Positions 15,001-29,287 of a stretch of 64,000 nucleotides of DNA are shown here, one piece after another. This DNA comes from a virus (Duplodnaviria; Caudoviricetes). The translations under genes and the position numbers were made by a program. A model generated the notes under the pieces. It had not been told where the DNA came from and ran no database searches. It saw nothing but the letters and a program-made list of their open reading frames with translations. The stretch covers positions 68,048-132,047 of the IMG/VR virus record IMGVR_UViG_3300026549_000046; one strand, written 5' to 3'. The stretch's first letter is position 1. Each line of letters begins with the position of its first letter.

Positions 15001-17141
15001 TTAGCGGTATTTTCACTAGTATATCCTAACTAAATATCTCTTGTCTAACTAAGAGCTAATACTTTAGGATATTCAGAATTAGGAATTAATTCAGGCTATA
15101 AAGAACCTCTTGACATTCTTATTTCTGTCCCATTATAAAAATCTCCTATATGAGATTGATAATCATTATAAGTTTTTGCATTAAGAGTTTTTCCTACTTT
15201 ATAATTATAAAGAATAGAACCAGCAATGTCAAATAATTCTTTAAGTGATTGTTCGCCTCTAATAGATTTGTATATACTTATAAAATTATCATCAACTCTA
15301 AATCCAAATATTTCTGATAAGAAATCATATAGTTCTGGAGTTAAATTTTGTAAATCTACATTTTCATATGCAGTATACTATGCCCCATTTCTGTATTCTG
15401 TTTTTCCTATAGATTTTAGATTTGTAGTAACTCCATTAGAATTTCCTTCTAAAGTTAAAAGAAAATTAGTACCCTTTATATTTACAGTTAAGAAAGGAAC
15501 ATATTTGTTTTCATTATTTTTTTCAAATTCTCCAAACTCAACAGTTCTAAAGTTCTAAGGAACAGTAATATTATATACTCCTTCCCAAGAAAATACTTGA
15601 TTATTTAATCTTTTATTAGAAGTGTTTTGAGTTATATTTATTACTTCTCTTCCTCCATTTACATTTTCTTTGTATTCACTAAATGGAGTATTTTCTATAT
15701 TAACAAATAATGTACTAAAAAATCCGAATAAGTCTGAAGTCATATTATTTGAATTAGATCTTAGTACAATAGATAATAATGAATTATTATTAGAATAGTC
15801 ATAAATATTTTTATAGATAGAATGAATAATGTCCTATACTTGTGGTTTTCCTGTAAAATATGTTTTTAAATTTTTATCTAATACAGAAAAAAGAATTGGA
15901 GCAAACATTATAGGATTTGTTTTAGCTTTTGCTAATAACTTTCCTACTGTATCATAAGTACGTTTTATATTATTAAATCCACTATCTCCATAAATCTATT
16001 TTAAATCAGATATTTTTTGTTCATCTAATGAATCATAATCTATTGAACGAAGAGTTAATTTTGGATTACTTAATAAATTCATTATTTCTCCAAAACTAGT
16101 TTTTATATCTCCAAAAGTTATTTTCTATGGAGTTATATTGTCTCCTTTCCAAACATTAAGACTTTCTACATATAACTAAATTATACTTCCTATTTCTCCA
16201 GTCTCATCAATATCTTTTTTATCATCTTTCCATGTTCTTGCAGCTTTATTTCCAAGATTTAAAGTATATTTTTGTTTATTTCTTAATACATCAGCACTAT
16301 AATCTTTGTTATAACCTATAGATACTGCATCTCCAAATGCGCTAGAAATAAGTTCATCAAAATTAATTAAAGCTACTAAAGATATATATCCTTGAAGTTT
16401 ATTTCTTTGAATAGAATTCTCTAAATTAGGTATTTTAATTAAATCTATTCTAGATAATGGAGATAATATTTTTTGTTCAAATAGTTTCTTTAAAAACTCT
16501 ATTTTAGTTCCAAGAGTTCTATTTGAATTATAAGCATTTAATAATTCTGGATAAAATTCTTTTAAATAATTTTCGACATCATTTAATAAATCTTCCTAAT
16601 AGCATTTAATGGATTTATCCATATCTGAACTAGAAACATTTAGTGTCCAAATTTCCCCTGTTTTATTTATAAATAAATTCTGAATTACATTATTTTTAAA
16701 TCTCTATTCAAAAGATAATCTAGCATCACTAGATAAAGGAAAATATTTACTTAAAAAAGAGTTTTTCTAACTTTCTCTTTCTAGTTTTTCTTCTAATGTC
16801 TCGTCTAATATATTTTGTTTAGAATCATTTTCACTAATACTATTAAATACATTAGAATCTTCTCTCTATGATTCTATCATAGAAGGGTTAAAAGAAGATA
16901 GAACCCTATCTAAAATAGGGTTCTCTTTTCTTCTTTTTCTATTTGTAATATTATTTAATATTTTATCTACTGCTTCAAAAAAATCCTCATCCTAATATTC
17001 AGTTCTTAAAATTTTTAGTGAATCTAAAAACTAATCAGATAATTCATTTTCATCATTTATCTTCTATATATTAGAAAGTATATCTGATAAAGACTTACTA
17101 AATCTTTTACTACTTAATTTCCCATTACATAATAAACTCAT
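6057..17141 (-). CDS. Virion-associated DNA-dependent RNA polymerase, crAss-type, join(6057..9818,10119..17141), ~3594 aa
   Basis: ATG 17139-17141, TAA 6057-6059. Track ORFs at 15555, 13224, 12951, 10686 and 8439 are all in this frame. Motifs DGATF, MKPF, QLDAEH and RTPAQSHQSFMAM, plus catalytic QGSDY|DIDKA restored by removing intron 9819..10118. Confidence 0.85.
9819..10118 (-). ncRNA. Group I self-splicing intron (300 nt, no ORF) in the RNA polymerase DxDxD motif
   Basis: 5' exon GACUAU pairs with internal guide GUAGUC (U.G at the splice site). Core elements AAUUGACGGGGA (P), AUCCGCAGC (Q), UUCACAGACUA (R), AUGAUAUAGUC (S). Terminal G at 9819. In-frame TAA at the 4th intron codon makes splicing obligatory. 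Confidence 0.92.
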
Positions 17142-17154
17142 AAAATCTTAATTT

Positions 17155-20100
17155 TTAAAATGGAGCTACTGGAATTGTATAACTACAAGAATTTTCATTT
17201 GTATCAATCCAACTTCCAACAGCTTTAGCTAATTGTTCAACATCTACAGAAGTAGTTTCTGTTCCATTTGTAAATAAATACGAAGACAATGAACTGCTAT
17301 CTTCTATATCTTCAATTGAATCTGGATCCCCTTCTGTATAAATATATTTTAATAATTTTATTATATTTAAATTCTATTCTGGATTTCCATTATTATTTTT
17401 TACTTCTGATATTATATTTAATACTCTCTAATCTTCTAAAATTCCTCCTTCTAATTCTCTTATAGTATCTTCATATAATCCTAACAATTGTTCAGGAATA
17501 ATTATTTCTTCAGCAGAAGGACTATTTAAAGAATCTAATTTCTACTAAGCAATTTGTTTTATTTCAGTATCAGTACTCGGATTATTAACTATAGACTACA
17601 AAATATCTGGATTTGAAATACTTTCAGAATTTGTTTCTGATAATATTCCTAGTTCTCCGTCATTTGTTAAGAACATTATTTCTTTTTCAGATAAAATCAA
17701 AGATTTTTTAATATTATTAACTTTTCTAATAATATATCCATTCTATATTTTAATTGGATAAAAACCTAACTAACTTAATTTATCATATAAATATTTCTAA
17801 ACATTTGTAGGATTAGGGTCTCCTTGTTTAACGGTTATCTAGGTTTTAATAGACACTTGATCTGTATTAGATATATTTGAATCAAATTTAATCATTCCTG
17901 TAAGTTTTTCATTAAATATATCAGTTTGAGTTTTTTCTTTTGTAGTTAATTTTCCATCCAAATATGCTTTTGTATTTTCTCTATATAACTTAGCTTTTTC
18001 CTAATCTGAAAAATTATTTAACCTTGAACGTCCTTCCGTAGAAGAGGGGTTAGGAATACCTTTTTTGATTATTTCATCTAAAATTGGTTCAATATCTCTT
18101 ACTACAGCTGTTGTTTCCAGTTTTCCATTTATTTCAAATGAACGTTTTGATATTTTAGTATCATCTTCAGCATTAACTTTGGCAAAAGTGTAACCTTTTA
18201 CTGAAATGTTTTCTGAAGCATTTGCTAAAGGAACATAATATTGAATTCCTGTATACTTATTATTAGTAGCATCTTTTATTAATGCTTCTATCTTAGGTTG
18301 TTGAAAATCTTTAAATATTACTTTTCCAGAAGGATCTCTAGATAAACTTATATCTACAATTTGTCTTCCTAAAGCGGGACCATATACAGAACCAGAATAT
18401 AATAATTTTCTAAATTCGTATTGTAATACTGTTCTTAATGGAGTACCATATTTAAGCTTAGTAGGCCAATTAATAGCAGCTGCTTTATCTTTAATTTCTT
18501 TTGGAAGATTTTCTATAGGCTTGTCTAATAAAGATAATAATTGATTAGCTTTAGTTCCATTATTTATATTAAATCTTTCTTCAGCAGATTTAATTTCCTA
18601 AACTAATTCTTTTAACTACTTCCAACGATTTTTGGATTTTTCAATATCTTCTTTATTTGCATCCTTAATTCCATCCATCCATTCATCAAAGTGTGAATCA
18701 AATTCACTTCCATCTGTAGCAATAAAAGATAATAATCTATAAGCAGATAATTTATTTCCTAATAAAGAGTCTATTTCTTCGGTTGAAAAATCTTCTCCTT
18801 TTTTAGAAACAGCTCTATCCATATTATATAAGAAATCTTCTATTGTTCCTTCTGGTGTATATAAATACATTCTTTTTACTTTCTTTGATTCATCAGAATT
18901 TTCTGCCTATTTAATGAACTGTTCCATTAAAGTTTCAAAAGAAGCATTTTTTAATTCTGGAGCGTCAGAAATTAAAACAAACGGATCACCAGATTTTGCT
19001 ATTATTTGTCCATTAATTATTATATCAGATTTAGAATTATTAACTCTAATTTCAGATATGTTTCTCCAAGACATTCTCTTTCTATATTCTTCAAGAGAAA
19101 CAGGCTATCCCTTATAATCATAATCATGTGTAAAGAAATATTCTTCACCTCTAGTTTGAGCATGAATTATTCCAGTAATTTTTCCTGAATTTAAAGTAAA
19201 ATCATTATCAAATCTTACAACAAAATTAGAATAATTTGAATATAATTCTACTAATTTATACATACTTTTTGTATGTAAAGGTGCACTAGAATCATTATAA
19301 TGGTTCCATAACCATTCTTTAAATTTATTTAAACTCTCTCCACAATCATTTATAAATACCTATTTTAAGTCTTCAAATCCCTAAGTATTTAACATAGTTA
19401 AAGGAGACGTCATCATAGCTACGGGAACTTCAAGTACCTACTTATCATCTATGAATATTTCGACTCCTATAGTCTGCCTATGTGGAGTAGTTAATTTTTC
19501 TCTATTTCCGTCTTTATTAAAGATTCCTAGAAGTTTTTCTTTAACACTCTTAAAAAATTTCATAAATCCAGATGAGTTGACAGTATCTAATTCATATGAA
19601 TTTTTATAAATAAAGTTTACTTTAACTCTAGAAGTATCATCAATTCCTAAGGCTTGTGATATATCTTCTACAATATCAGATTTATTAGTTCTATAACTAG
19701 CAGAACTTCTAATTAAACCTAATATTTTTAAAGCTTTTTCTTTATTTTCTTGAGATAAAGTTCCATCTGATTCGGGTTTAATTCCTAAGGAACTAATTTT
19801 AATGAGTCCATTAATATTATCAATTCTTTTATCAGAATTTGGAGATAGTTTTAGTTTATTGTTTGGATCAGTTGGATCTAAATTATTATCAGATAATTCA
19901 CATCCAGTTTCTTGAACCATTACTGTATGAAGCATCATATTTAATTCTCCATCCTTCTCATTTTTTATATCAATTTCCTTTATAGTAGCATTTTTAGAAT
20001 CTATTTCTTCATCAGATTCTGACTCGTGGCCTTCATTTTTATCATTATCAGGTTCTTCTATATCTGGAGTATTAGTTGTTTTAGTTATGGGTTTCCATTG

Positions 20101-23100
20101 TGGTTCTGGAGTCTTTTCATAGTTTCCTAAAACTTTTTCAAGAATTTCTTTACGTTTATTACCATAATTAGTAATTGAATCCTAAGACATTTTTTTATTA
20201 ACAAGTTTATCCATTCTAGTAGAACTTATTAATTGAGAAACTGTACTTTCAGTTCTATCGAAAATTAATGTTCCTTGTTTTGCTCTTGAAATAGCTGTAT
20301 ATAATGCTGCAATCTATCTCTAAGCCTATAAAGTTTGTTGTTCTCCTGGACCTGTTTTATTTAACTATAAATCTACTACATAATATTGTCCTTCCTAACT
20401 TTGAGAGGCTCCTGCAGTAATAATATTTATTTTTCCAGAATATTCTCCAGAAGAATTTAAATTAGAAAGATATTTATATAGAGGAGAATCTACACTGTCA
20501 TAAATGTAATTTAGTTTTTCACCATCTTCTAGTGTATCTAACATTAATTTTATTGTGTCCTTGGTATTCTAAGGAATTTCATCACTATAAGTAGATTGCA
20601 CAGAATCTCCATAAAATCCAGAGTTATCAGAATAATAAGAAAAATCAAATAAAGTAGTATATGGTTTATCAGTTGTTAAAATATCTGATATTTTATTTTT
20701 ATTTTCCCTAAACTTTAATATATTATTTATTTTATATTCATTATTTCCTCTAATAACTTGTCCTAATTTATGAGTTCTAATATAATTAGTTCCTACCTAA
20801 AATATTGGAGCTCTCTACTCATTTCCTTTTTGATCTACTTTTCCTGTTTTATATTCTCCATATACTCCTAACTAATCAAAGTCTCCTGCTTTTATAGAAT
20901 ATATTCCTTTGGCTTTTAACCAAGCTTCTTCTAATTCAGCATCTGGCTGAGATAAAGATGTTGCTTCATCTATTATAACAAGTGAAGCATTTAAACCGTC
21001 AGGATTTGGATTTATTTTAGAGTATTTAACATGACCTGTTTCTTCATCATAGGTAATATCATCTCTTGTAATTTTAAGATTTCCGAATTCATCATATTCC
21101 CAATCTGGATAGTTATCAGAAATATGTTTAAAATATTCATCTTTACTAAAGATTTGTACTCCCTCTAATTTTAATCCAGTAGATTTTCTAAGATTATCTA
21201 ATAATAACTATGAGTTTTCATGAGAATTACTAACTAATACTAATTTTTTAAGAATATCTGGATGATACTAATCTAACATTCTTAATAACATAGTAAATGT
21301 TGCAGTGGATTTTCCACTTCCTGGAAGTCCTTCTATAAATATACTTCTAAAAGTATTTATATTTAAATAAGGCTCTACGTTTCCTTCACTATCTATTGGT
21401 AAATTTTCATTATATGCTTTTGCAAAATTTTCAAATACTTTAGGATTTAATATAAAAGTATATGCTGTTCTAATAGCTTCCTCTTGTCCTGCAATAGGCG
21501 CAAAATTTAAAGAAAAACTGTTCTTATATTCATGTAATACACTTTCTGGATTTGCAGCAGCTAATGATGCAATATACCAAACAAAATCTGATTCTGGAAT
21601 TCCTTTTTCATTTTCATTTAATATCCAATCAGATTCTGATCTAGAAGGCTAAATATTTTTTAATAATTTTTTAAGCTATTCATTATCATTTAGTTTATCT
21701 TTATTTTTCTAAAAGAATTCATATACAGCTTTCTCAAATTTTGTTCTAGCTTCAGTAATTTGCTATTTAATTTCATCAGTAATTTTTAATTCTTTATTCT
21801 CTTCTATTTTTGAAAAAATGTCAGAGATTTCAGAACTTTCCAATTTATTTCTAAGTTCCTATATTCCTTCCCAATCATCAATATCGGTACTTCCTATAAA
21901 TCTTTTTACTCTATCATATAAATATTTAGATTCTATTTTGTATGTATTATCATGAGAGGTTAGTACTGACTATGTATTACTAGCATAAACACTTTTATAC
22001 ATTAATAATTCACTTCTATATCTATTAATATCTTGTTGTATTAATGTAGCAATATCAGAATTTATAAGAGCTAATTTTCTTGGGTTGGATTTTGTTTCTT
22101 CTGTTGCTTTAGAACTTCTAGTCTTAGTTTTTCTATTCTTTCTTATTTCGTTTATTGTTGCATTAAATCCAAACAAATCGGTTAAATCTCCAGTAACTGT
22201 TGTTTTAGCAGATTCAAGAGCTACTAATGCTAAATCAAGTACATCTAAAGCCTAATTTATTAAAACTTCAGTATCTTCATCATAATTAAAAGATTCAACA
22301 TTTGCAACTTTAGCCAGATCCGATAATAACTTACCTATGTTTCCAGAAATCTAAGGAATATTTATTCCCTAACTTCTTAAAGTTCCTACAACATTAGATA
22401 TAAATTCATCTATAGGGGAAGATGGAATATCATTTAAAGCATCCAAATATTCTTTTGCAGTGTCCGAGTCTAGTTGAATAGTTTCTTGTTCTCCAAATTC
22501 ATTTTCAACTTTTAATTGGCTTGTAAAGAAATCTATAAATGCCTATTTTGTAGTTGGAAGTAAATATTTGGCATTTTTTAATTTATTAATTATAAATTGC
22601 TTTACCTCTGGATCATATAAAAATTCTATTAAGTACTTATTAAATGCCTAAGTTTTTTGTATTTGAAGATTTCTATTAGCCTATTTTAATTCTGATTCAT
22701 ATTCATCCAGATTATCTTCAGTTAGAGAAGAAATATTCATACCTGGATCCTAAGACCATCCCAAAATAGTATCTACTATTTTTTTTCTATCTTCACCAGA
22801 CATTTGTTTTAATTCTTCTATTGTAGGCATTACATCTCTCCCAAGAATTTCTGCGACAGATCCTTTCATATCTGCTATAGCATCTAGTCTTTCTTTTACT
22901 TCCTTTGATTTTGCAGCATCTAATCCAACAATTAACTAACGTTGGATATTTGTTAATAGAGGATTAATAACATTATCATAAACATGTAAAAATTGTTCTA
23001 CTCTTTCTGAAGCATGTTCTACATCTCTATTTATTTTAAACTGTTCTCCAAAAAGAATTTCTTCTATATTTTTTATAACTGCATCTTTATTTTTAAAATA

Positions 23101-25803
23101 TTCTTCGTTAAAATTTTCCATCATGTCCGCAAGATATTCTTGATTCCATATATGAACCAATCTTGCTTTATGCATTAATTCCCTATTTGTTATATTTTTC
23201 TTTTGTTCTTGATACTATTTAAAGAGTTCTGCTCTTCTTTCAACTGGAATTTCATTATATGCTTTGTTCTCTATTTCTTCAGCATAACGCCAGGGATCTG
23301 TTTTAATGTAAAAAGAAGATATTCCTGAAATCATTTCAAATAAAGCATCTTGAATAAATTCATCAGACATTCTTCCGTCTTTATATGCTTCTAACTAATC
23401 TTTAATTTCTTTTATTTCTTCTTTTTTCTATTTTATTTGTTCTTTTATATTGTCACTTTTAGAAGATTTTTCATCTTCTTCTCGTTTTTGTTTATCAGTT
23501 TGTACAGGATTTTCTAAAGCCCATAACTCCTGTGTTTTAGATACTAATTGAGTAGATAATTCATTATAATGATTTAAGTAATACCATATAGAATTACCTT
23601 CTTGAGCAGCAATATTTACGAGTTGAGCATATCGTAATTCTCCTTTAAGAGAGTTAACTAATTCATTTCTACTCATATCTGCTCCATTTGCTTTTAATAT
23701 ATCTTGTATATTATATACTAAATTTCTCAACTATTTCTTAGCATCTAAATCTTTATTATCATTTTCGTCTCCTATTTCTGGATTTCCCTAGACATCTACT
23801 TTATTTTTAGTAGTTTTATCACTGATAGTCATTTTATCAGCAGTAGCAAGAAATTCTTCAGCTTTTCCTTGTTGGATTATATCTATAAGTTCTCTTGTAG
23901 CCTATTTTCCATCCATGCTATTATTATATCTAGCTGCTCTATACCCAGGAAGTCCTCCAGCAATTCCTCCACCTACAGTACCTCCTATAAAAGATAAAGC
24001 ATATCTATTAAATACATTTTCGAAAGCATGTAAATCAGTTTTAGAGCCTCCTAATTGATATACTGCTGTAAATAATGCTTTTGATAAGTCAGCAAGTAAT
24101 TCTTCAGAAGTTTCTTCAACTCCTTCTGATAACATATTACTTACTACAGAACCAAAGGTTTCTCCTAATACTGGAGATTTTATATCATTATGATATATTT
24201 GTTTTCCTATATTATATAATTTTTGATACCATTTTAATTTATCAAGAGGAGTATCTTTAGGCATCATTTTTGTTTCTTCACTTATTTTTTTTGCAACAGC
24301 TTGCCAATGTCTTTTATCAGCTTTTAGCTCTGGAAGAATCCATTTTCCTAAGTCAGAATTTAATAAAGCAAATTCGGCAGCAGTATATCCTAATGTAAAA
24401 AGTCCAGCTTCTATATCAGATGCTCCAGCTTCTTTTGCTTCTCCATAAGCTCCAGCTGTAGTAATTCCAGTCATATAAGCCATAGAAAGTTTACTACCTA
24501 ATTTCTAGGCTTCCTCTAATTTATCCATTAAAGCTTTTTGTCCTCTAGCATAATTAACAGACTATATAGTTATTTGTTTTGTTATAGGATCAGAAGTACG
24601 TATAGCTTCTGCTAATTTTTCATTAGTAGAATTTTCAGCTATATATTTTTCAATCCACGCTTTCTAAGCTTTAGGATCAGTCATAAGTTTTGGATTCTTT
24701 AATTCTCCTGATAACATAGCAGAACCATATTTAAATAACCAACGTTGTTCTGCTAATTGACTAAATACATCAGCAACAAGTTTTAATCCTGTTTCCATAG
24801 ACCACATATGTCCTTCAATTCCCATTTCTTGAGAACCTTGTGTATAATCAGAAGTTGAAAAACTTGTAGCTTTGTTAAATCCTTCCATCCATGAAAATAA
24901 TTTATTATCACTATCAAATGATAATATTTTCCCTAATGTGGGAACAAGTTCCGACATACTGTTTAATACACGTAAACCTATATAAACTTCTCCTACACCA
25001 GGTATAAAAGCAGGAGCAATCTAAGCGACTGCTCTTGCAATAGAACCAGGAACAGATTTATCAAGACCGTCAGAATCAAAAAAATCTAACGAATTTAAAG
25101 TGGATCCATCAGTTGTTAATGTATCAAATCCGGAAAGAACTTCTTTACCATATGGACTTCTTCCATTTAGATTTTCGTAATAATATGTTCCATTTGCGTT
25201 TAATTTTTTATCTCCTTTTTTATGTTTAACTATTTCTCCAGTAATAGGATCTTCATGTGTTCCATCTTCGTCATACTATGCTAATACTTTTGGATTAATA
25301 AAATTATCAAACCATGTTTCGTTCGGAGTTTCCTTCCAACTATTTGTTTCTGAATCCCACAACTATTGAGATTGAGCAATTTCTCTTATAGACATAGTAG
25401 GATTTTCCTTTAATCCGATAGTAACAAATCCTTCTTGTTGTCTTAATGGATTGTTTACTTTTTCTATTTTAAATTCTGGGCCAGACTCTTTTAAATAATC
25501 TGGAGCTGTTATATTTCCTCTAAAAAATCTGAAAGAATTAGTAAAATCTTCATTAGCTTTAATATTACTTAAAACATTATATCCAGATTTAGCTACATTA
25601 TATACTTCATCGAATTTAGACTAATCGAAATTTCCATTAGTCTAGAATAAAGGATTTTGTTTAATAACATCTAAATTCTAATATACATCTTTATTTTGTA
25701 TAGATGTATTATCTATTGATAACCCAACCTAACTAAAATCTAAAGGACTGAAGGTTGGGTTATTTAATAGATTTAAAAAATAATCATTCTGTTTTTCTTC
25801 CAT
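17155..25803 (-). CDS. Giant putative virion cargo protein (~2882 aa, code 15) with hydrophobic Gly/Ala-rich segments and an internal SF1 (RecD/Dda-like) helicase domain
   Basis: ATG 25801-25803, TAA 17155-17157. Seven track ORFs lie in this frame. Helicase motifs EGLPGSGKST (~21304-21335), LVIIDEATSLS, AGDFDQLG (Q = TAG 20872-20874), GASQSQEG and LYTAISRAKQG (~20270-20310). Confidence 0.82.
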
Positions 25804-25810
25804 AATTATT

Positions 25811-28800
25811 TTATTTTAATGATGATAATGGAGGAGTTTTCTAGTATTGTTGTGTTTTTGGAGCATACTACATCATCATTACTTGATTTGCGTTATTTGG
25901 CAAATCTGTATCTAATGGCTATCCTCCGCTCGTATATCCAGCAACTATATCTTCTCTTACAGGAACAAATATAGTACCTTTATATAATTTATCTTTTCCC
26001 CAACTAGACCACAAAAATCCATCACTTAAATCATAATCTTTATTTCCCCTCTTTTTCATTTCTTCTATAAATAATTCTCTTTCTTCATCGTCAGCTTCAG
26101 AAATTTCATTAGCATTAACAGGAACTCCTCCTTTTAAAGCTTTAGAGTCAAGAATTACCTATATTCCCGCAAATCTTCTATAATTCTAAGGTATAATATT
26201 TCCATTAGAATCAAATTTGTCTGGCAGTCCTAAATCTCTATATATTTTATTAATTTGTTGGGGATCTGTGATCCTATTATTATGAATTTTTTCTTCTGCT
26301 TTTTCTATTGTTGATAACTACTAAAAATCAGGAATATAGTTTCCAGAAAAATCTCTTTTAACTGGAAGATCTAATCCTATACAATCAGAATTATTTAATA
26401 TTATATGAGAATATCCACTTGAAATTAGTCTTGTTCCTCCAAAAGTAGCTTTATCTAAATCTAAAATTGGACCAAACTAAGATTTAGAAACATCCTATAA
26501 AGAACTTCCCTAACCTAGATTATTTTTTTCTTTATCCTGTAATATTCCAAATCTTCCTAAAGCTTTTACAGACTAAGAATTTCCAATATTAAATTCTACC
26601 ACTTCTGAATATCCATTTCCAAGCAAAAACTATACAGATGCTGGAGTATCAGTTCCTCCTTTTTTTCCACTACTAGAATTACTATCATTAGTAGCTTTTC
26701 CAGTTAAAGGTTGAATATCAAGTTCACTAGTACTATCCATCTAAGATGATAGGAAACTAGCTATCATATAATCAGTTCCTCCATGGGTATCTAAAATAGC
26801 TCTCTAACTTGGAGATAAGGCTCCTTTAATATAATTTAAAGCAGCTTTAGCCTATTGAGACTATTCTTTTGTAAGTTGAGTAGTTTTATAATTTCCATCA
26901 GGTAGCCCCTAAAGAACTTGGAGTCCTTGTTTTACTCTATTTGACTCTACCTAAGTTATTCCATCTAATTTTGTTTCAGAAGTTCCAATTTTTCCTGCTA
27001 ATGCCTTAATCTAAGCTCCTATTTTGTTAATTCCCATGCCATTATAAAGAGTATTCTCAATAATATTATCACCTTTTGCTAAAAGCATTTCTGGATGATA
27101 TTCTCTTAAACTTAAAAGTTGAGCATTAGTAATAGGATTTTTTCCACTTTTTAAAACATCCTGCCAATTTGCTTCCTTAGATAATTTCCCCTCTTTGTCC
27201 TACACTATAAAATGTCCTAATGCATCTACAGCAAATTCATTTAAAGCTTCATTCTAAGTAGCAGCTGCTTTAGCTTTATCATATACTTCTTTACTATGTT
27301 TAATATTACTTAGCTGCTACATAGATTGTAAATATATTGAGGCAATGTCATTAGTACTTAATTCTTCTCCAAAAGCTTGAGCCTAAGAAAATAATTTCTA
27401 TACTGATTCGTAAATATTGTTTACATCTACAGGAAGACCTCCTTCAGATACTTTTTGAAATAAAGATTTTATTAAATCTATAGTATCTTTTCCTTTATTT
27501 TCTTTACCACTACTAGTTGAATTTCCTGTACTACTTACCTAAGTATTTGTTTCTCCACCAAGAGTTACTGGAGTGTATACCATAAAAGGGGCTACACCTC
27601 CTTGCTACATTTTCCTAGTTTTAGGATGTGGCACAAGTTTATAACGAGATTTTGGGTAAGATTTTTGAGTAGAATCATTAGACATTTTACTCATTTTTCT
27701 AAAGTGATCTACTACATCTTTTGCGGATTTGTATAGTAAGTCATCCTTCTATTTATAAGTAAGCTTCATTCCTTTAGATGCACTATAAAGAGTAAACATA
27801 TTGTTTCTATTCTGCATCTTTCTATACATTTCTAGTTCAAGTTCCTATTTTCTTTTTCGATAGTCTTGAATTTTCTGCTAAGCTGTTTTCTTAATTTCTG
27901 GATCATTACTATTCATAGCTTCTACAGCAGCCTATCTAAGAGGAGTTAAACTGTCCTCTATATAATTCTAATCCTCTAGAGCAAATATTTGTTTCTATAA
28001 AGTGTCATTTTGAAGTTGCTTTTGTCTAGCTCTAGTTTCCTTTTCTCTTAGATAGTTATCCCAAGAAGCATGGTTTGCAGCATATTTTTGAGCAATTAAA
28101 TCCTGCTTTGCTGCATTATACTTATTTAATTCTATTATATTATTATTTGCAACATCAGCTCTTCTTTGGGTATTTGCCCACTCGTGTTGATTTGATTCAT
28201 CAGAAGTTCTTCTAATTTCCTAATTATCAGCTAAATCTCCCTAAGCTTTTAATTCATTTCCAACACGTCTGGCTTCCATTGCATATGCCATTTGTCTATC
28301 AGCATCAGAAGTAAATGGCCTAGTAGCCTTTGTTTGTCCCTCAGCAGCTCTTCTATAGTAAGCCTATTTAGTAGCTTCGTCTCCTACTACTTGTCTATGT
28401 GTAAGATAGGGCTACAATAAATTAGGTTTTAATCCTTTTATTTTTGCATCAAAAATTCTACTATTTGCAGCCAAGGTGTTTGCTAATCTTACATTTCCTA
28501 AAATTCCTGGAACAAATTTCTATAAATTATTTGTAAAATCTCTTAGATTAAAATCTTTTCCTGTATAGGGGCTAGCAGTAATTGCACCTCTTGTAGGGTC
28601 TGTCGGACTACTTGTAGTAGGGGCAGTTAATTCATAATCATCCCAATAGGTTTGTCCTTCCCAACCCTATTCCATAGGATTTTTACTAACTGTAAATCCC
28701 CCTATATCTTGTGGATCAACCCACTGTTTCTAACCATTATTATCTATGTAAAAATATCTTTTACCTCTTTTTAAAAATACATTATGTCTAGCTCCAAGAA

Positions 28801-29287
28801 TTTGGTCGTTTCTAATAGCTTTAACATAATCTGAAAGGTTTGAAAAATTTCTTCTTATATTTCTTCCATGTGCATCATTATCTCCAACAACCCAATTCTT
28901 TCTTAGATTTCCATTTTCATCAAAAAATGTAGCTTTAGACCCTGTAGGAAGAAGTTTGTCCACAGCTTTAGCCCAATTTAGGCCTACATCCGTAAACTAA
29001 CCTTTATCATTTAATAAAGCATCTCCAAAATCTCTATAATATTGTTGACCTTCGACTCCTTTAGTATAATTGTAATGTTCTTTCTAAACTCCAAGATTTC
29101 CATGACTAGTAGGAGTGTATCTGCCCTAATCATATCCGGAAATATTCGATTTCCATGCTGGCTACAATCTATTAGTATCTCCAGCAACAAGTCCTCTTTC
29201 ATAATCCCACTACCAATCATTAGAGGGGTCATAAGGTTTTAATCTAGAAAAAACATTTCCGTTCTAGAACTTAAAAATATTTTTCAT
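25811..29287 (-). CDS. Large putative virion cargo protein (~1158 aa, code 15), coiled-coil rich
   Basis: ATG 29285-29287 overlaps the upstream TGA. TAA at 25811-25813. Includes track ORF 28730..28963. Frame checked by hand across 27600-27720. Carries FQNGN, SKGMK and MQQGG motifs. Confidence 0.7.
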
